From positions 620,001 to 684,000 of the forward strand of contig OZ218960.1 of assembly GCA_965112735.1 (NCBI GenBank): a stretch of 64,000 bases of DNA, written 5' to 3'. Below the pieces are notes generated by a model. It had not been told where the DNA came from and made no database searches. It saw only the letters and a program-made list of their open reading frames with translations. This document shows positions 24,791 to 36,659 of the stretch, in pieces; the first letter of the stretch is position 1; the number at the start of each line of letters is the position of its first letter. Source of the DNA: Phaeosaccion multiseriatum. Its lineage: Eukaryota; Protista; Ochrophyta, other classes. A program made the position numbers and the translations under genes.

Positions 24791-26649
24791 TCACTGCGGC
24801 AAGTACACGCACAACTGGTCCACCAGTCCGCACACCCTCCCCACCATGCTCTCCGGATCAGGCTGACTGCCAACAAAATATGAGCCTCCGACTAACTCGC
24901 GGCCTAGGTAATAGTCGGGGGCGGGGTATTCAACTCCGTTGCACTCGAAGATAGGCGGGTACACTTCCTCTGCTGGCCGCCAGCCGTACCCGGGGATAAA
25001 GATTGTATCGTAGTCCACAATCTCACACACCACAGTTGTCTCGCCACGGATGGCGGCGGCGGTCACGTAGTCAACTGTGGTGAGGCGAGGCAGTGAGGAA
25101 GGGAGAGGCAGAGAGAGGGCGCGAGCCGGTGTGCATGAGAGAGAGAGAGAGGACGAGACGAGAGAGAGAGAGAGAGAGAGAAGAGAGAGAGTGAGTGAGA
25201 GGAGAGAGAGAGAGAGAGAGAGGAGAGAGGCAGAGAGTGAAAGAGAGAGAAGAGAGAAAGAACAGAGAGCGAAAGACAGAGAGCGAAAGACGGGTCAATG
25301 GATGCTCTGCGATGTACCGGCCGCCCTTGAGCAGAGCAGGCCGGAGAAGAACATAGCTCTCAGCCACCACTACTCACAATGCGGTGGCATGCTTTGAGCA
25401 CTCGTGAAGGGAGGACGAAGACCGCGCCATTTCACTGGGTCTATCCAGGCATTTATCAACTCTCCGTCTGCTTCGCCGTCACAGTCGAAGACCCAGTGCC
25501 GAGCGATGACGATCGAGCCCGGATCTCCGTCGTCGCAAGTGAACGGAGTAGCTGGATCGAGGAGCGGCAGTGAGACTATGGAGAGCCATGCACAGCAGTC
25601 ATGGAAAGTCAGCAAACAACAAGCAACAAGGGGGGTGGGGCGGAGGGGGGCGGGCTTCATGGAATGAGCGGAGGAGAGGAGGAGACATACATGTACAAGC
25701 AATACCGATGGCAATCTCCCTCCTTTCGGTTCCGTCCCTCTTGCTCACATTTGGGAACATTGCCGCAGCTGCCGCCAGACCACGAGCAGCCGAAGGAGGA
25801 TGACGTCCAGCAGTTGCACGAGGCAGCGTCGGTGAAGGCACTGCAGCTGCCTTCCCATCCAAGCGAGGGACAGTCCACCTCACTGGGGGGAGGCGTCGGG
25901 GCCGGAGGGGGGGTCTGAATGACATCCCCAGAGGAGCACACGCCAAAAGCCCAGTTGCAGTTGAAGGAGGAGTTGCTCCAGCATTCGCACGAGGCACGGT
26001 CGGTGAAGGCACTGCAGCTGCCCGCCCATCCCAGCGAGGGACAGTTCACTTCCTCACCGCCGGTGGTGGGAGGAGGGGTGACGACAGTGTTGGGTGGGGG
26101 CGTCGGGGCCGGAGGGGGGGTGGGGGGGGGAGAGCCGCCCTGGGGGCACTCGATTCTGTCGGCGTAGACGCCCCAGCCGCAGAAGCGACAGTTGGCAGTT
26201 CCATCTGCATTGCACCCCAGCCCGCCGGAGATGCCCGGAGGGGTGTCGAGGCAGGTCTCGTCGACGTAGCAGGCTCGCGGGACGCCGTCAAACAGCTCCT
26301 CGCGGCAGCACGGGAAGAGATCTTCTGTTTACAGCAGTAGAGATCGAACAATTAGTAAGCAATGGGCGGGGCAGCGAGGTGCGGGCTTGGCTGCTTCTCG
26401 CTCGCTCGCGGAGAGAAAAGGGGAGCGACGAAATGGTGGGATAGCTAAAAGCAAGAGGTGTAGCTACCGCACAAGCGCAGGGGCGCCGGCGATGATGAGG
26501 AGGAGGAGGGAAAGGCGTGGCGCTAAACGAGACGATGGGCGGATCCGCCCCGCCCCCTCACCTTCTTGGGCTTGAAGCTTCCCGACGAGGAAGGCCAGCC
26601 CCGCCACCACCAGCAGCAGTGGGAATGTGCGCAGAGAAGACATCTTCAT
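24791..26649 (-). CDS. Secreted cysteine-rich modular protein, array copy 1 (~381 aa)
   Basis: Exons 26562-26649, 25749-26324, 25378-25575, 24791-25074. All introns are GT-AG and phase 1; total 1146 nt in frame. Architecture: signal peptide MKMSSLRTFPLLLVVAGLAFLVGKLQA, a CYVDETC..GGLGCNADGTANCRFCGWG module, Pro/Thr linkers, two 6-Cys repeats and a C-terminal 6-Cys domain. Confidence 0.85.
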
Positions 26650-27542
26650 GGTGCTTTTGCTTGTAGTCTTCATGTTCTCCTCTGTTCCCTGGTGATGCTT
26701 TTTGTGTTTGTGGCGAGGTTGCACATGGAACAAGGATAGAGCCGTTTTTATAGTTTTTCGCGGGGTTTGCTGTCCGCTCCGAAGGCGGCCAAATTCAAGT
26801 TCAGAGGGATAAGCAGCTGAATTCTCTTGGATGATGTACAAGTAGGGGGTAGTATGAAAGCCCCCCTACTCTTTGGGCTGGTTCAGGAGATGTCATACCA
26901 CTTTGGGTTGCTTAGATGTCACACGGGGCTCTCCTGGCTGGACTAGTTAGGAGGTGAGAGAATTGGAATCTTAGCTCTACTGCTGGAGGAGGCTTCTTAG
27001 TAGCTACATGATCTGGCAAGCAAGGATAGAGGTCAAGATGGGTGGGGAAGGATAGATCCTCCTATTTTGCCCCGCTGTTTCACTTCTTGTCAGCCGCACC
27101 GTCTCCTCTAGCTAGCGCTTCAGAGGCACAATGAGCGACAAGCAAGGCTCCAGCAGAGGGCACATTTCAGTTGACGCCTTGCTTCGTAATCAGTGCCATA
27201 CAAGCGGGGGGGGGGGGATATGGAGGAGGGAAATGGAGCAGAAAGCGGGGACAGCAGCACAAGAGGAGAGACGCGTGAAGAGAGGGAGGAAGGATGGGGC
27301 AGCAGCAGGAGGCAGCGAGCGAGAGAGGGGGCAAAGGATGACGAAAGCAACAGACGAGCGAGGACGAGAGGAGAGGGGAGAGAGGCACAAAACAGTGAGG
27401 ATATAGCTAGAGGAGGAGAGGAGAGGAGGTCACAACATTCGTATGGCCTCAGAGAAAAGGAAGACGGAGAAGGGGAGGAGGAGACTCGGGGGGGCGGGAG
27501 AGACGTGGCATTCAATGGAGAGAACAGCAGCCGGAGAGGTGG

Positions 27543-27775
27543 CTGGCTGGTCGACCCCTGACACGCTATCCGCTATCCGCTATCGCCGGCGCCAGCCGGT
27601 GCGCTATCCGCTATCGCCGGCGCCAGCCGGCTTTGGGGGGGGGGGTTGTGGGGGCGTGCTATCCGCTGTCGCCGGCGCCAGCCGATCCGGGCGCCAGCCG
27701 ATCCGCTATCGGCCGGCGGCCGATAGCGCGATAGCGCGCTATCGAGAAAGTGGGCGATAGCGTGTCAGGGGTCGA
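27543..27775. mobile_element. MITE-like non-autonomous DNA element A
   Basis: Perfect 20-bp inverted repeats TCGACCCCTGACACGCTATC (27551-27570) and GATAGCGTGTCAGGGGTCGA (27756-27775), with internal GCTATC/GATAGC repeats. Flanked by direct repeat AGGTGG (27537-27542, 27776-27781). Absent at the paralogous sites ~31615 and ~36045. Confidence 0.85.
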
Positions 27776-28333
27776 AGGTGGGAGAGAGGGAGCCGAGAAA
27801 GAGGACGACGTTGAAGCGTGGCGTGACGAGTTTAATGCAGCATGTTGAAGATATTGCCAGGCTATCGTCCAAGCACGAGCGAAGAGACCCGTTCCCCTTG
27901 GTTACTGGTACTTGAAGAAGACGCAGACGGAGTTCCTGGAGGGGGGGCGAGGGCAGCAGCTCTGGGGTGGGGGCGGGGGGTGAGACTCGCCGGTGACTCC
28001 GTGTGAACCCTCCACGCCGCAAGAGGGACGAGAGGGTAAGGAGGGAGGGCGCGGAGAGCTGGGAGAGCATGGAGGGCAGGGAGAGGGTAATTGGTTGGTT
28101 GGTTGGTTGGGTTCGTTGGCCTGTCGGAGGCCCCCCACCATTTATAATTTACAATCACGCGCTCAGCCACGCGAGCTTGCTATTGAAAGAGAAACAAACT
28201 AAAGTTTGCTCGTGCTGCCCCATGTATAACCAACTGCTGCTGCTGCTTGTGCTGCTGCTCTGCCTTCAGACGCATCGCCCATGCTCAAGGGAGAACATAA
28301 CATATCATATCTATCAACCAATCAATCAATCGA

Positions 28334-30245
28334 TCACTGCGGCAAGTACTCGCACAACTGGTCCACCAGTCCGCACACCCTCCCCACCATGCTCTCCGGA
28401 TCAGGCTGACTGCCAAAAAACATTGAGTCTCCGACTCTCACGCGGCCTAGGAAATAGTGGACAGCGGGGTATTCAACTCCGTTGCACTCGAAGATAGGGT
28501 TGTACACTTCCTCTTCTGGTCGTGGGCTGCCGTTTATGCTGCCGGCGGGGCGGAAAATGAATGTCTCGTAGTCGACAATTTCACACACCACAGTTGTCTC
28601 GCCACGGTTGGCGGCGTCGGTCACGTAGTCAACTGTGGTGGGACGAGGCAGCGAGGAAGGGAGAGAGAGTGGGAGAGAGCCCGTGTGCGTGAGAGAGAGA
28701 GAGGAGACGAGAGAGAGAGAGAGAGAGAGCGAGAGAGGAGAGCGAGAGCGAAAGAGTGAATGCATGCTCTGCGATATACCGCCCTGCCTCGAGCAGAGCA
28801 GGCCGGAGAAGAACATGTTCTTGGCTGCGCTCTCACCACCACTCACATCTCGGTGGTATGCTTTCAGCACTCGTGAACGGAGGAAGAGGAGCGCGCGATC
28901 TGAATGGGTCTATCCAGGCATTTATCAACTCTCCGTCTGCTTCGCCGTCACAGTCGAAGACCCAGTTCCGAAGGAGGTCGCGAGTATCCGGGTCGCCATC
29001 GTCGCAAAGTACCGCTGGGTCGAGGAGCGGCAGTGAGACTACAATGGACAGTCACGGACAACAGTCATGGAAAGCCAGCAAAAACAACAAGCAACAAGGG
29101 GGGGGCGGGCTTCACGAAATGAGCGGAGTCAGACTATGGAGAGCCATGCACAGCAGTCATGGAAAGTCAGCAAACAACAAGCAAAAAGGGGGGTGGGGCG
29201 GAGGGGGGGCGGGCTTCATGGCTGGAATGGCTGAGCGGAGGAGACATATGTACAAGCAATACCGATGGCAATCTCCCTCCCTTCCCGTCCCTCTTGCTCA
29301 CATTTGGGAACATTGCCGCAGCTGCCGCCAGACCACGAGCAGCCGAAGGAGGATGACGTCCAGCAGTTGCACCAGGCAGCGTCGATGAAGGCACTGCAGC
29401 TGCCCGGCCATCGCAGCGCGGCGCAGTTCACCTCCTCACCGATGGTGGGAGGAGGGGTGACGGCAGTGCTGGGTGGGGGCGTCGGGGCCGGAGGGGGGGT
29501 CTGAATGACATCCCCAGAGGAGCACACGCCAAAAGCCCAGTTGCAGTTGAAGGAGGAGTTGCTCCAGCATTCGCACGAGGCAGCGTCGGTGAAGGTACTG
29601 CAGCTGCCCGCCCATCCCAGCGAGGGACAGTTCACTTCCTCACCGCCGGTGGTGGGAGGAGGGGTGACGGCAGTGTTGGGTGGGGGCGTCGGGGCCGGGG
29701 GGGGGGGGGGGGGGGAGAGCCGCCCTGGGGGCACTCGATTCTGTCGGCGTAGACGCCCCAGCCGCAGAAGCGACAGTTGGCAGTTCCATCTGCATTGCAC
29801 CCCAGCCCGCCGGAGATGCCCGGAGGGGTGTCGAGGCAGGTCTCGTCGACGTAGCAGGCTCGCGGAACGCCGCCCACCAGCTCCTCACGGCAGCACGGGA
29901 AGAGATCTTCTGTTTACAGCAGTAGAGATTGAACAATTAGTAAGCAATGGGCCAGCAGCCAGCGAGGTGTGGGCTTCTCGCTCGGAGAGGAGAAGGGAGC
30001 GAAGAATGGTGGGATGATAGCTAAAAGGAGCGAAGAGCAGCGAGCGAGCGAGGTGTAGCTCTAGCTACCGCACAAGCGCAGCCAGGGGGCGGCGCCGGCG
30101 ACGATGAGGAGGAGAAGGGAAAAGCGTGACGTGAAATGACGATGGATCCGCCCCCCTCACCTTCTTGCGCTTGAAGCTTCCCGACGAGGAAGGCCAGCCC
30201 CGCCACCATCGGCAGTGGGTATGCGCGCAGCAAAGGTATCTTCAT
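28334..30245 (-). CDS. Secreted cysteine-rich modular protein, array copy 2 (frameshift in G19 tract at 29697-29715; sequencing error or pseudogene)
   Basis: Exons 30161-30245, 29302-29909, 28847-29038, 28334-28632, with the same architecture and splice sites as copy 1. Exon 2 is 608 nt, 1 nt short of frame, at a pure G run. Confidence 0.78.
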
Positions 30246-30771
30246 GGTCGTGTTTGCAGTCTTCCTGTTCTCCTCTCTGCTCCTTGACGCTGCTTTTTGT
30301 GTTTGTGGCACGAGGGAGACCAGTGGCATCGAAATCACGCTCCAGTGGGCATCGAAATCACGCTCCAGTGGGCATCGAAATCACGCCATGGAAACACGCA
30401 GAGGGGGAGAGTGCTTTAGATTTTTCGCGGGATTGTCCGAAGGCGGCCGGGTTCAGATCTCTCACTGAAGTACTTAAGCACTGCGGCCGGGATAGATGTC
30501 TACGGGTTCAGTAGGGGGCATCCCCTACTTCTTCGGCCTAGCCTAGTTCAAACGTTACACGGTTCGGGGTTCTCCTGGACTAGCTAATTAGGTGGTGGGA
30601 GTGTACAAAACTCAGGCCATTTGGAAGAGCACTGAAGGATGAAGGTAGTATCTGGCTGGGATACAGGTCGAAAGATAAAGTAGGGAGTATGAAAGCCCCC
30701 CCTACTCTTTGGCCTGGTTCAGATGTCACGCTTTTGGTTCGATGTCACGCTTTTGGTTAGATGTCACACGG

Positions 30772-31030
30772 CCGGTCAACAAAGCCCCCTGCCTCTACTG
30801 CACCTTCACAGGCGTGATCGTGCTTGTCGGCGGTGCGCCTTAGAAATAAGGCAATGAATGACGTCACAATAGTGCGTGATACTAAGTCAGGGAAACGTGA
30901 CGTGAGAACCGTCACAGGCGTGATTCGTGCTTCTGTGCACCGCTACTTGCGTGATTCGTGATTCTGTGCACCGCTACTTTCGTGATTCGTGCTTCTCGGC
31001 GCTCTCCCTCAGAATCACGTCAGGGGTCGA
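30772..31030. mobile_element. Non-autonomous element B, with the same right terminus as A
   Basis: Insertion flanked by ACACGG (30766-30771, 31031-31036); the empty site GTCACACGGGGCT is at 26918-26930. Ends in CAGAATCACGTCAGGGGTCGA and has internal GTGATTC(G)TG repeats. Confidence 0.75.
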
Positions 31031-32130
31031 ACACGGGGCTCTCATGGACTAATTAGGAGCTGACAGGCAGTGTACGAAAGCCAGATAACTGGAACCTTAC
31101 TGGAGGCTTAGCTACATGGTCTGGCAAGGATAGAGGTCCAAAGATGGGTAGGGAAGGATACATCCTCCTATTTTGCCCCGTGGGTTCACTTGTCAGCCAC
31201 ACCGTCTCCTCTAGCTAGCGCTTCAGAGGCAATGACAAGGTTCCAGAGGGCACACTTCAGTTCGTAATCAGTGCCATACAAGCGGGGGGGGGGGATATGG
31301 AGGAGGGAAATGGAGCAGAAAGCGGGGACAGCAGCACCAGAGGAGAGACGCGTGAAGAGAGGGAGGAAGGATGGGGCAGCAGCAGGAGCAGGAGCGAGCG
31401 AGAGAGGGGGCAAAGGATGACGAAAGCAACAGACGAAGACGAGAGGACGGGAGAGAGGCACAAAGCAGTGAGGGTAGCTAGAGGGGGAGAGGAGAGGAGG
31501 CCACAACATTCGTATGGCCTCAGAGAAAAGGAAGACGGAGAAGGGGAGGAGTAGACTCGGGGGGGGCGGGAGAGACGTGCGTGGCATTCAATGGAGAGAA
31601 CAGCAGCAGGAGCGAGAGGTGAGAGAGAGGGAGCCGAGAAAGAGGACGACGCTGAAGCGTGGCGTGACGAGTTTAATGCAGCATGTTGAAGATATTGCCA
31701 GGCTATCGTCCAAGCACGAGCGAAGAGACCCGTTCCCCTTGGTTACTGGTACTTGAAGAAGACGCAGACGGAGTTCCTGGAGGGGGGGCGGGGCAGCAGC
31801 TCTGGGGTGGGGGCGGGGGGTGAGACTCGCCGGTGACTCCGTGTGAACCCTCCACGCCGCAAGAGGGGCGAGAGGGTCAGGAGGGAGGGCGCGGAGAGCT
31901 GGGAGAGCATGGAGGGCAGGGAGAGGGTAATTGGTCGGTTGGTTGGTTGGTTTCGTTGGGTTCGTTGGTTGGTTGGTTTGGTTGGTTTGGTTGGGTTGGT
32001 TGATTGGTTGGCCTGTCGACTCGGAGGCCCCCCACCATGTATGATTTATAATCACGCGCTCAGCCACGCGCGCCTATCGAAAGAAAGCAAACAAACAGTT
32101 TGCTCGTGCTGCCCCATGTATAACCAACTG

Positions 32131-32170
<40 letters not shown>

Positions 32171-32273
32171 TGCTGCTGGCTGCTGCTCTTCCTTCAGTCA
32201 CATCGCCCATCCTTAAGGGAGAATATAATCTGCCATTTCTACCAATCAACCAATCAATCAATCACTCAATCGA

Positions 32274-34093
32274 TCACTGCGGCAAGTACACGCACAACTG
32301 GTCCACCAGTCCGCACACTCTCCCCACCATGCTCTCCGGATCAGCGACGCCATACCATGTGCTTCCGATTAATGTGGGGCCTAGGTAGTAGTTGGGAGCG
32401 GGGTATTCAACTCCGTTGCACTCGAAGATAGGGGAGTACACTTCCTGTTGGCTGCCGACAGGAATTGGAAGAAAGAGTGTATCGTAGTCTACAATCTCAC
32501 ACACTAAAGTTGTCTCGCCACGGTTGGCGGCGTCGGTCACGTAGTCAACTGTGGTGGGGAGAGAGAGAGAGCGAGAGAGAGAGAGAGGGAGAGAGTCCGT
32601 GTGCGTGTGTGAGAGAGAGAGACAGAGAGGAGACAAGAGAGAGAGAGAGGAGAGAGAGAAAGAAAGAGAGAGAGAGGAGAGAGAGTGAAAGAGAGAGAAG
32701 AGAGAGAGAGAAAAGAGAGGGAGAGGAGACAGAGAGCGAAAGACAAGTCAATGGATGCTCTGCGATATACCGCCCTTGAGCAGAGCAGGCCGGAGAAGAA
32801 CATGTTCTTGAGCTCTCACCACTACTCACATTTCGGTGGTATGCTTTCAGCACTCGTGAAGAGAGGAAGAACGCGCGATTTCACTGGGTCTATATAGGCA
32901 TTTATCAACTCTCCGTCTGCTTCGCCGTCACAGTCGAAGACCCAGTTCCGAGCGATGACGATCGAGCCCGGGTCGCCGTCGTCGCAAATCAACGGAGTAG
33001 CTGGATCGAGGAGCGGCAGTGAGACTATGGAGAGCCATGCACAGCAGTCATAGAAAGTCAGCAAACAACAAGCAAAAAGGGGGGTGGGGCGGAGGGGGGC
33101 GGGCTTCATGGAATGAGCGGAGGAGAGGAGGAGACATACATGTACAAGCAATACCGATGGCAATCTCCCTCCCTTCCCGTCCCTCTTGCTCACATTTGGG
33201 AACATTGCCGCAGCTGCCGCCAGACCACGAGCAGCCGAAGGAGGATGACGTCCAGCAGTTGCACCAGGCAGCGTCGATGAAGGCACTGCAGCTGCCCGGC
33301 CATCCCAGCGCGGCGCAGTTCACCTCCTCATCGATGGTGGGAGGAGGGGTGGGCGCGGGTGTAGGATGGGGGCTCAGAATGAAGTCGCCAGAACCGCAGA
33401 CGCCAAACGCCCAGTAGCACTCAAAGGCTGAGGTGGCCCAGCATTCGCACGAGGCACGGTCGGTGAAGGCGCTGCAGCTGCCCGGCCATCCCAGCGAGGG
33501 ACAGTTCACTTCCTCACCGCCGGTGGTGGGAGGAGGGGTGACGACAGTGTTGGGTGGGGGCGTCGGGGCCGGAGGGGGGGTGGGGGGGGGAGAGCCGCCC
33601 TGGGGGCACTCGATTCTGTCGGCGTAGACGCCCCAGCCGCAGAAGCGACAGTTGGCAGTTCCATCTGCATTGCACCCCAGCCCGCCGGAGATGCCCGGAG
33701 GGGTGTCGAGGCAGGTCTCGTCGACGTAGCAGGCTCGCGGAACGCCGCCCACCAGCTCCTCACGGCAGCACGGGAAGAGATCTTCTGTTTACAGCAGTAG
33801 AGATTGAACAATTAGTAAGCAATGGGCCAGCAGCCAGCGAGGTGTGGGCTTCTCGCTCGGAGAGAAAAGGGGAGCGAAGAACGGTGGGATGATAGCTAAA
33901 AGGAGCGAAGAGAGAGGAGAGATAGGGGCGCCGGCGACGATGAGGAGGAGAAGGGAAAGGAGAAGGGAAAGGCGTGACGTGAAATGACGATGGATCCGCC
34001 CCCCTCACCTTCTTGGGCTTGAAGCTTCCCGACAAGGAAGGCCAGCCCCGCCACCACCAGCAGTGGGAATGCGCGCAGCAAAGATATCTTCAT
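32274..34093 (-). CDS. Secreted cysteine-rich modular protein, array copy 3 (~381 aa)
   Basis: Exons 34009-34093, 33194-33784, 32830-33024, 32274-32548; 1146 nt in frame. Signal peptide MKISLLRAFPLLVVAGLAFLVGKLQA. Confidence 0.85.
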
Positions 34094-34402
34094 GGTGTTT
34101 GCAGTCTTCCTGTTCTCCTCTGCTCCTTGCCGCTGCTTTTTGTGTTTGTGGCACGAGGGAGACCAGTGGCATCGAGATCACCAGTGGAAATCACGCAAGG
34201 GGAAGGAAGGGGGGGTAAAAAGGGTGGTCACTGTGTGTGGAGAGTGCTTTTGATTTTTCGAAGGGTTGTCCGAAGGCGGCCGCCTTCAATTTCCTCATTT
34301 CGTGTCACTACTTCCTGCTTCTGGCCAGCGCCAGCCGGCCTGCTTTCTGCTTCGCGCATGTCAGGGGCCGACCTGTAATCAGATAATCTTGTCCAGGGTC
34401 GA

Positions 34403-35118
34403 CTCCCTCCCTCCCTCCCTCCCTCCCTCCCTCCCTCCCTCCCTCCCTCCCTCCCTCCCTCCCTCCCTCCCTCCCTCCCTCTCCCCTCCCTCCCTCCCTC
34501 CCTCCCTCCCTCCCTCCCTCCCTCCCTCCCTCCCTCCCTCCCTCCCTCCCTCCCTCCCTCCCTCCCTCCCTCCCTCCCTCCCTCCCTCCCTCCCTCCCTC
34601 CCTCCCTCCCTCCCTCCCTCCCTCCCTCCCTCCCTCCCTCCCTCCCTCCCTCCCTCCCTCCCTCCCTCCCTCCCTCCCTCCCTCCCTCCCTCCCTCCCTC
34701 CCTCCCTCCCTCCCTCCCTCCCTCCCTCCCTCCCTCCCTCCCTCCCTCCCTCCCTCCCTCCCTCCCTCCCTCCCTCCCTCCCTCCCTCCCTCCCTCCCTC
34801 CCTCCCTCCCTCCCTCCCTCCCTCCCTCCCTCCCTCCCTCCCTCCCTCCCTCCCTCCCTCCCTCCCTCCCTCCCTCCCTCCCTCCCTCCCTCCCTCCCTC
34901 CCTCCCTCCCTCCCTCCCTCCCTCCCTCCCTCCCTCCCTCCCTCCCTCCCTCCCTCCCTCCCTGCCTCCCTCCCTCCCTCCCTCCCTCCCTCCCTCCCTC
35001 CCTCCCTCCCTCCCTCCCTCCCTCCCTCCCTCCCTCCCTCCCTCCCTCCCTCCCTCCCTCCCTCCCTCCCTCCCTCCCTCCCTCCCTCCCTCCCTCCCTC
35101 CCTCCCTCCCTCCCTCCC
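34403..35118. repeat. (CCCT)n microsatellite, ~715 bp, intergenic
   Basis: Near-perfect array in the spacer between array copies 3 and 4. Confidence 0.97.
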
Positions 35119-35245
35119 TTGCTTCCTGCTTCTGGCCGGCGCCAGAGGGCCTGCTTCCTGCTTCTGGGCTGGCCTGTCTCAGAAGCATGTCAGGGGCCGA
35201 ACAGGAACGCCTAGCGGCCTAGGCCTATTTGGGAAAACTGCCCGG

Positions 35246-35480
35246 CGTGATTCTGGGGGACGAGGCGTGATGCGTGATTCTGTGCACCTTCACAGGCGTG
35301 ATTCGTGCTTGTCGGCGGTGCGCCTTAGAAATAAGGTAATGAATGACGTCATAGCGCGTCATAATAAGTCAGGGAAACGTGATTCGTGCTTCTGTGCACC
35401 GCTACTTACATTCGTGATTCTGTGCACCGCTACTTGCGTGATTCGTGCTTCTCGGCGCTCTCCCTCAGAATCAGGGTCGA
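35246..35480. mobile_element. Second copy of element B at the paralogous site (left end truncated)
   Basis: Same internal sequence as 30800-31030, ending AGAATCAGGGTCGA|ACACGG. The left CGTGATTCTGGGGGA matches the reverse complement of the right subterminal region. Confidence 0.68.
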
Positions 35481-36659
35481 ACACGGGGCTCTCCTGGACT
35501 AACCAGGAGGTGACAGTGTCCGAAAGCTAGATAACTGGAATCTTACTGGAGGCTTAGCTACATGGTCTGGCAAGGATAGAGGTCCAAAGATGGGTAGGGA
35601 AGGATACATTCTCCTATTTTACCCCGCTGGTTCACTTGTCAGCCACACCGTCTCCTCTAGCTAGAGCTTCACAGGCAATGACAAGGTTCCAAAGGGCACA
35701 CTTCAGTTCGTAATCAGTGTCATAGCTACAAGCGGGGGGGGGGGATATGGAGGAGGGAAATGGAGCAGAAAGCGGGGACAGCAGCACCAGAGGAGAGACT
35801 GGTGAAGAGAGGGAGGAAGGATGGGGCAGCAGCAGGAGCGAGCGAGAGAGGGGGCAAAGGATGACGAAAGCAACAGGAGAGAGGCACAAAACAGTGAGGG
35901 TATAGCTAGAGGGGGAGAGGAGAGGAGGTCACAACATTCGTATGGCCTCAGAGAAAAGGAAGACGGAGAAGGGGAGGAGGAGACTCAGGGGGGCGGGAGA
36001 GACGTGCGTGGCATTCAATGGAGAGCACAGCTGCAGGAGCGAGAGGTGAGAGAGAGGGAGCCGAGAAAGAGGACGACGTTGAAGCGTGGAGTGACGAGTT
36101 GCTTTAGTGCAACATGTTGAAGATATTCCCAGGCTATCGTCCAAGCACGAAGAGACCCGTGCGCATGCACACAGGTTGTTACTGGTACTTGAAGAAGACG
36201 CAGACGGAGTTCCTGGAGGGGGGGCGGGGCAGCAGCTCTGGGGTGGGGGCGGGGGGTGAGACTCGCCGGTGACTCCGTGTGAACCCTCCACGCCGCAAGA
36301 GGGACGAGAGGGTCAGGAGGGAGGGCGCGGAGAGCTGGGAGAGCATGGAGGGCAGGGAGAGGGTAATTGGTTGGTTGGTTGATTTGGTTGATTGGTTGGT
36401 TGGTTGGGTTGGCTGGTTGGTTGGTTGGTTTGCCTATCAGAGGCCGCGCACCCTAATAGTTTAATTTTAATAATCACGCGCTCAGCCACGCGAGCCTATT
36501 GAATGAAAACAAACTAAACTTTGCTTTCGGCTGCCCCATGTATGACCAACTGCTGCTGCTGCTGCTACTGCTGCTGGCTGCTGCTCTTCCTTCAGTCGCA
36601 TCGCCCATGCTCAAGGGAGAATACAATCTGTCATTTATACCAATCAATCAATCAATCAA

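Noticed and set aside
27902-28030. Possible relic exon pair on the minus strand of each spacer (GGFTRSHR|NSVCVFFKYQ*)
   Set aside because: It needs a 55-nt GC-AG intron, shorter than any other intron here, and has no upstream exons or recognisable homology.
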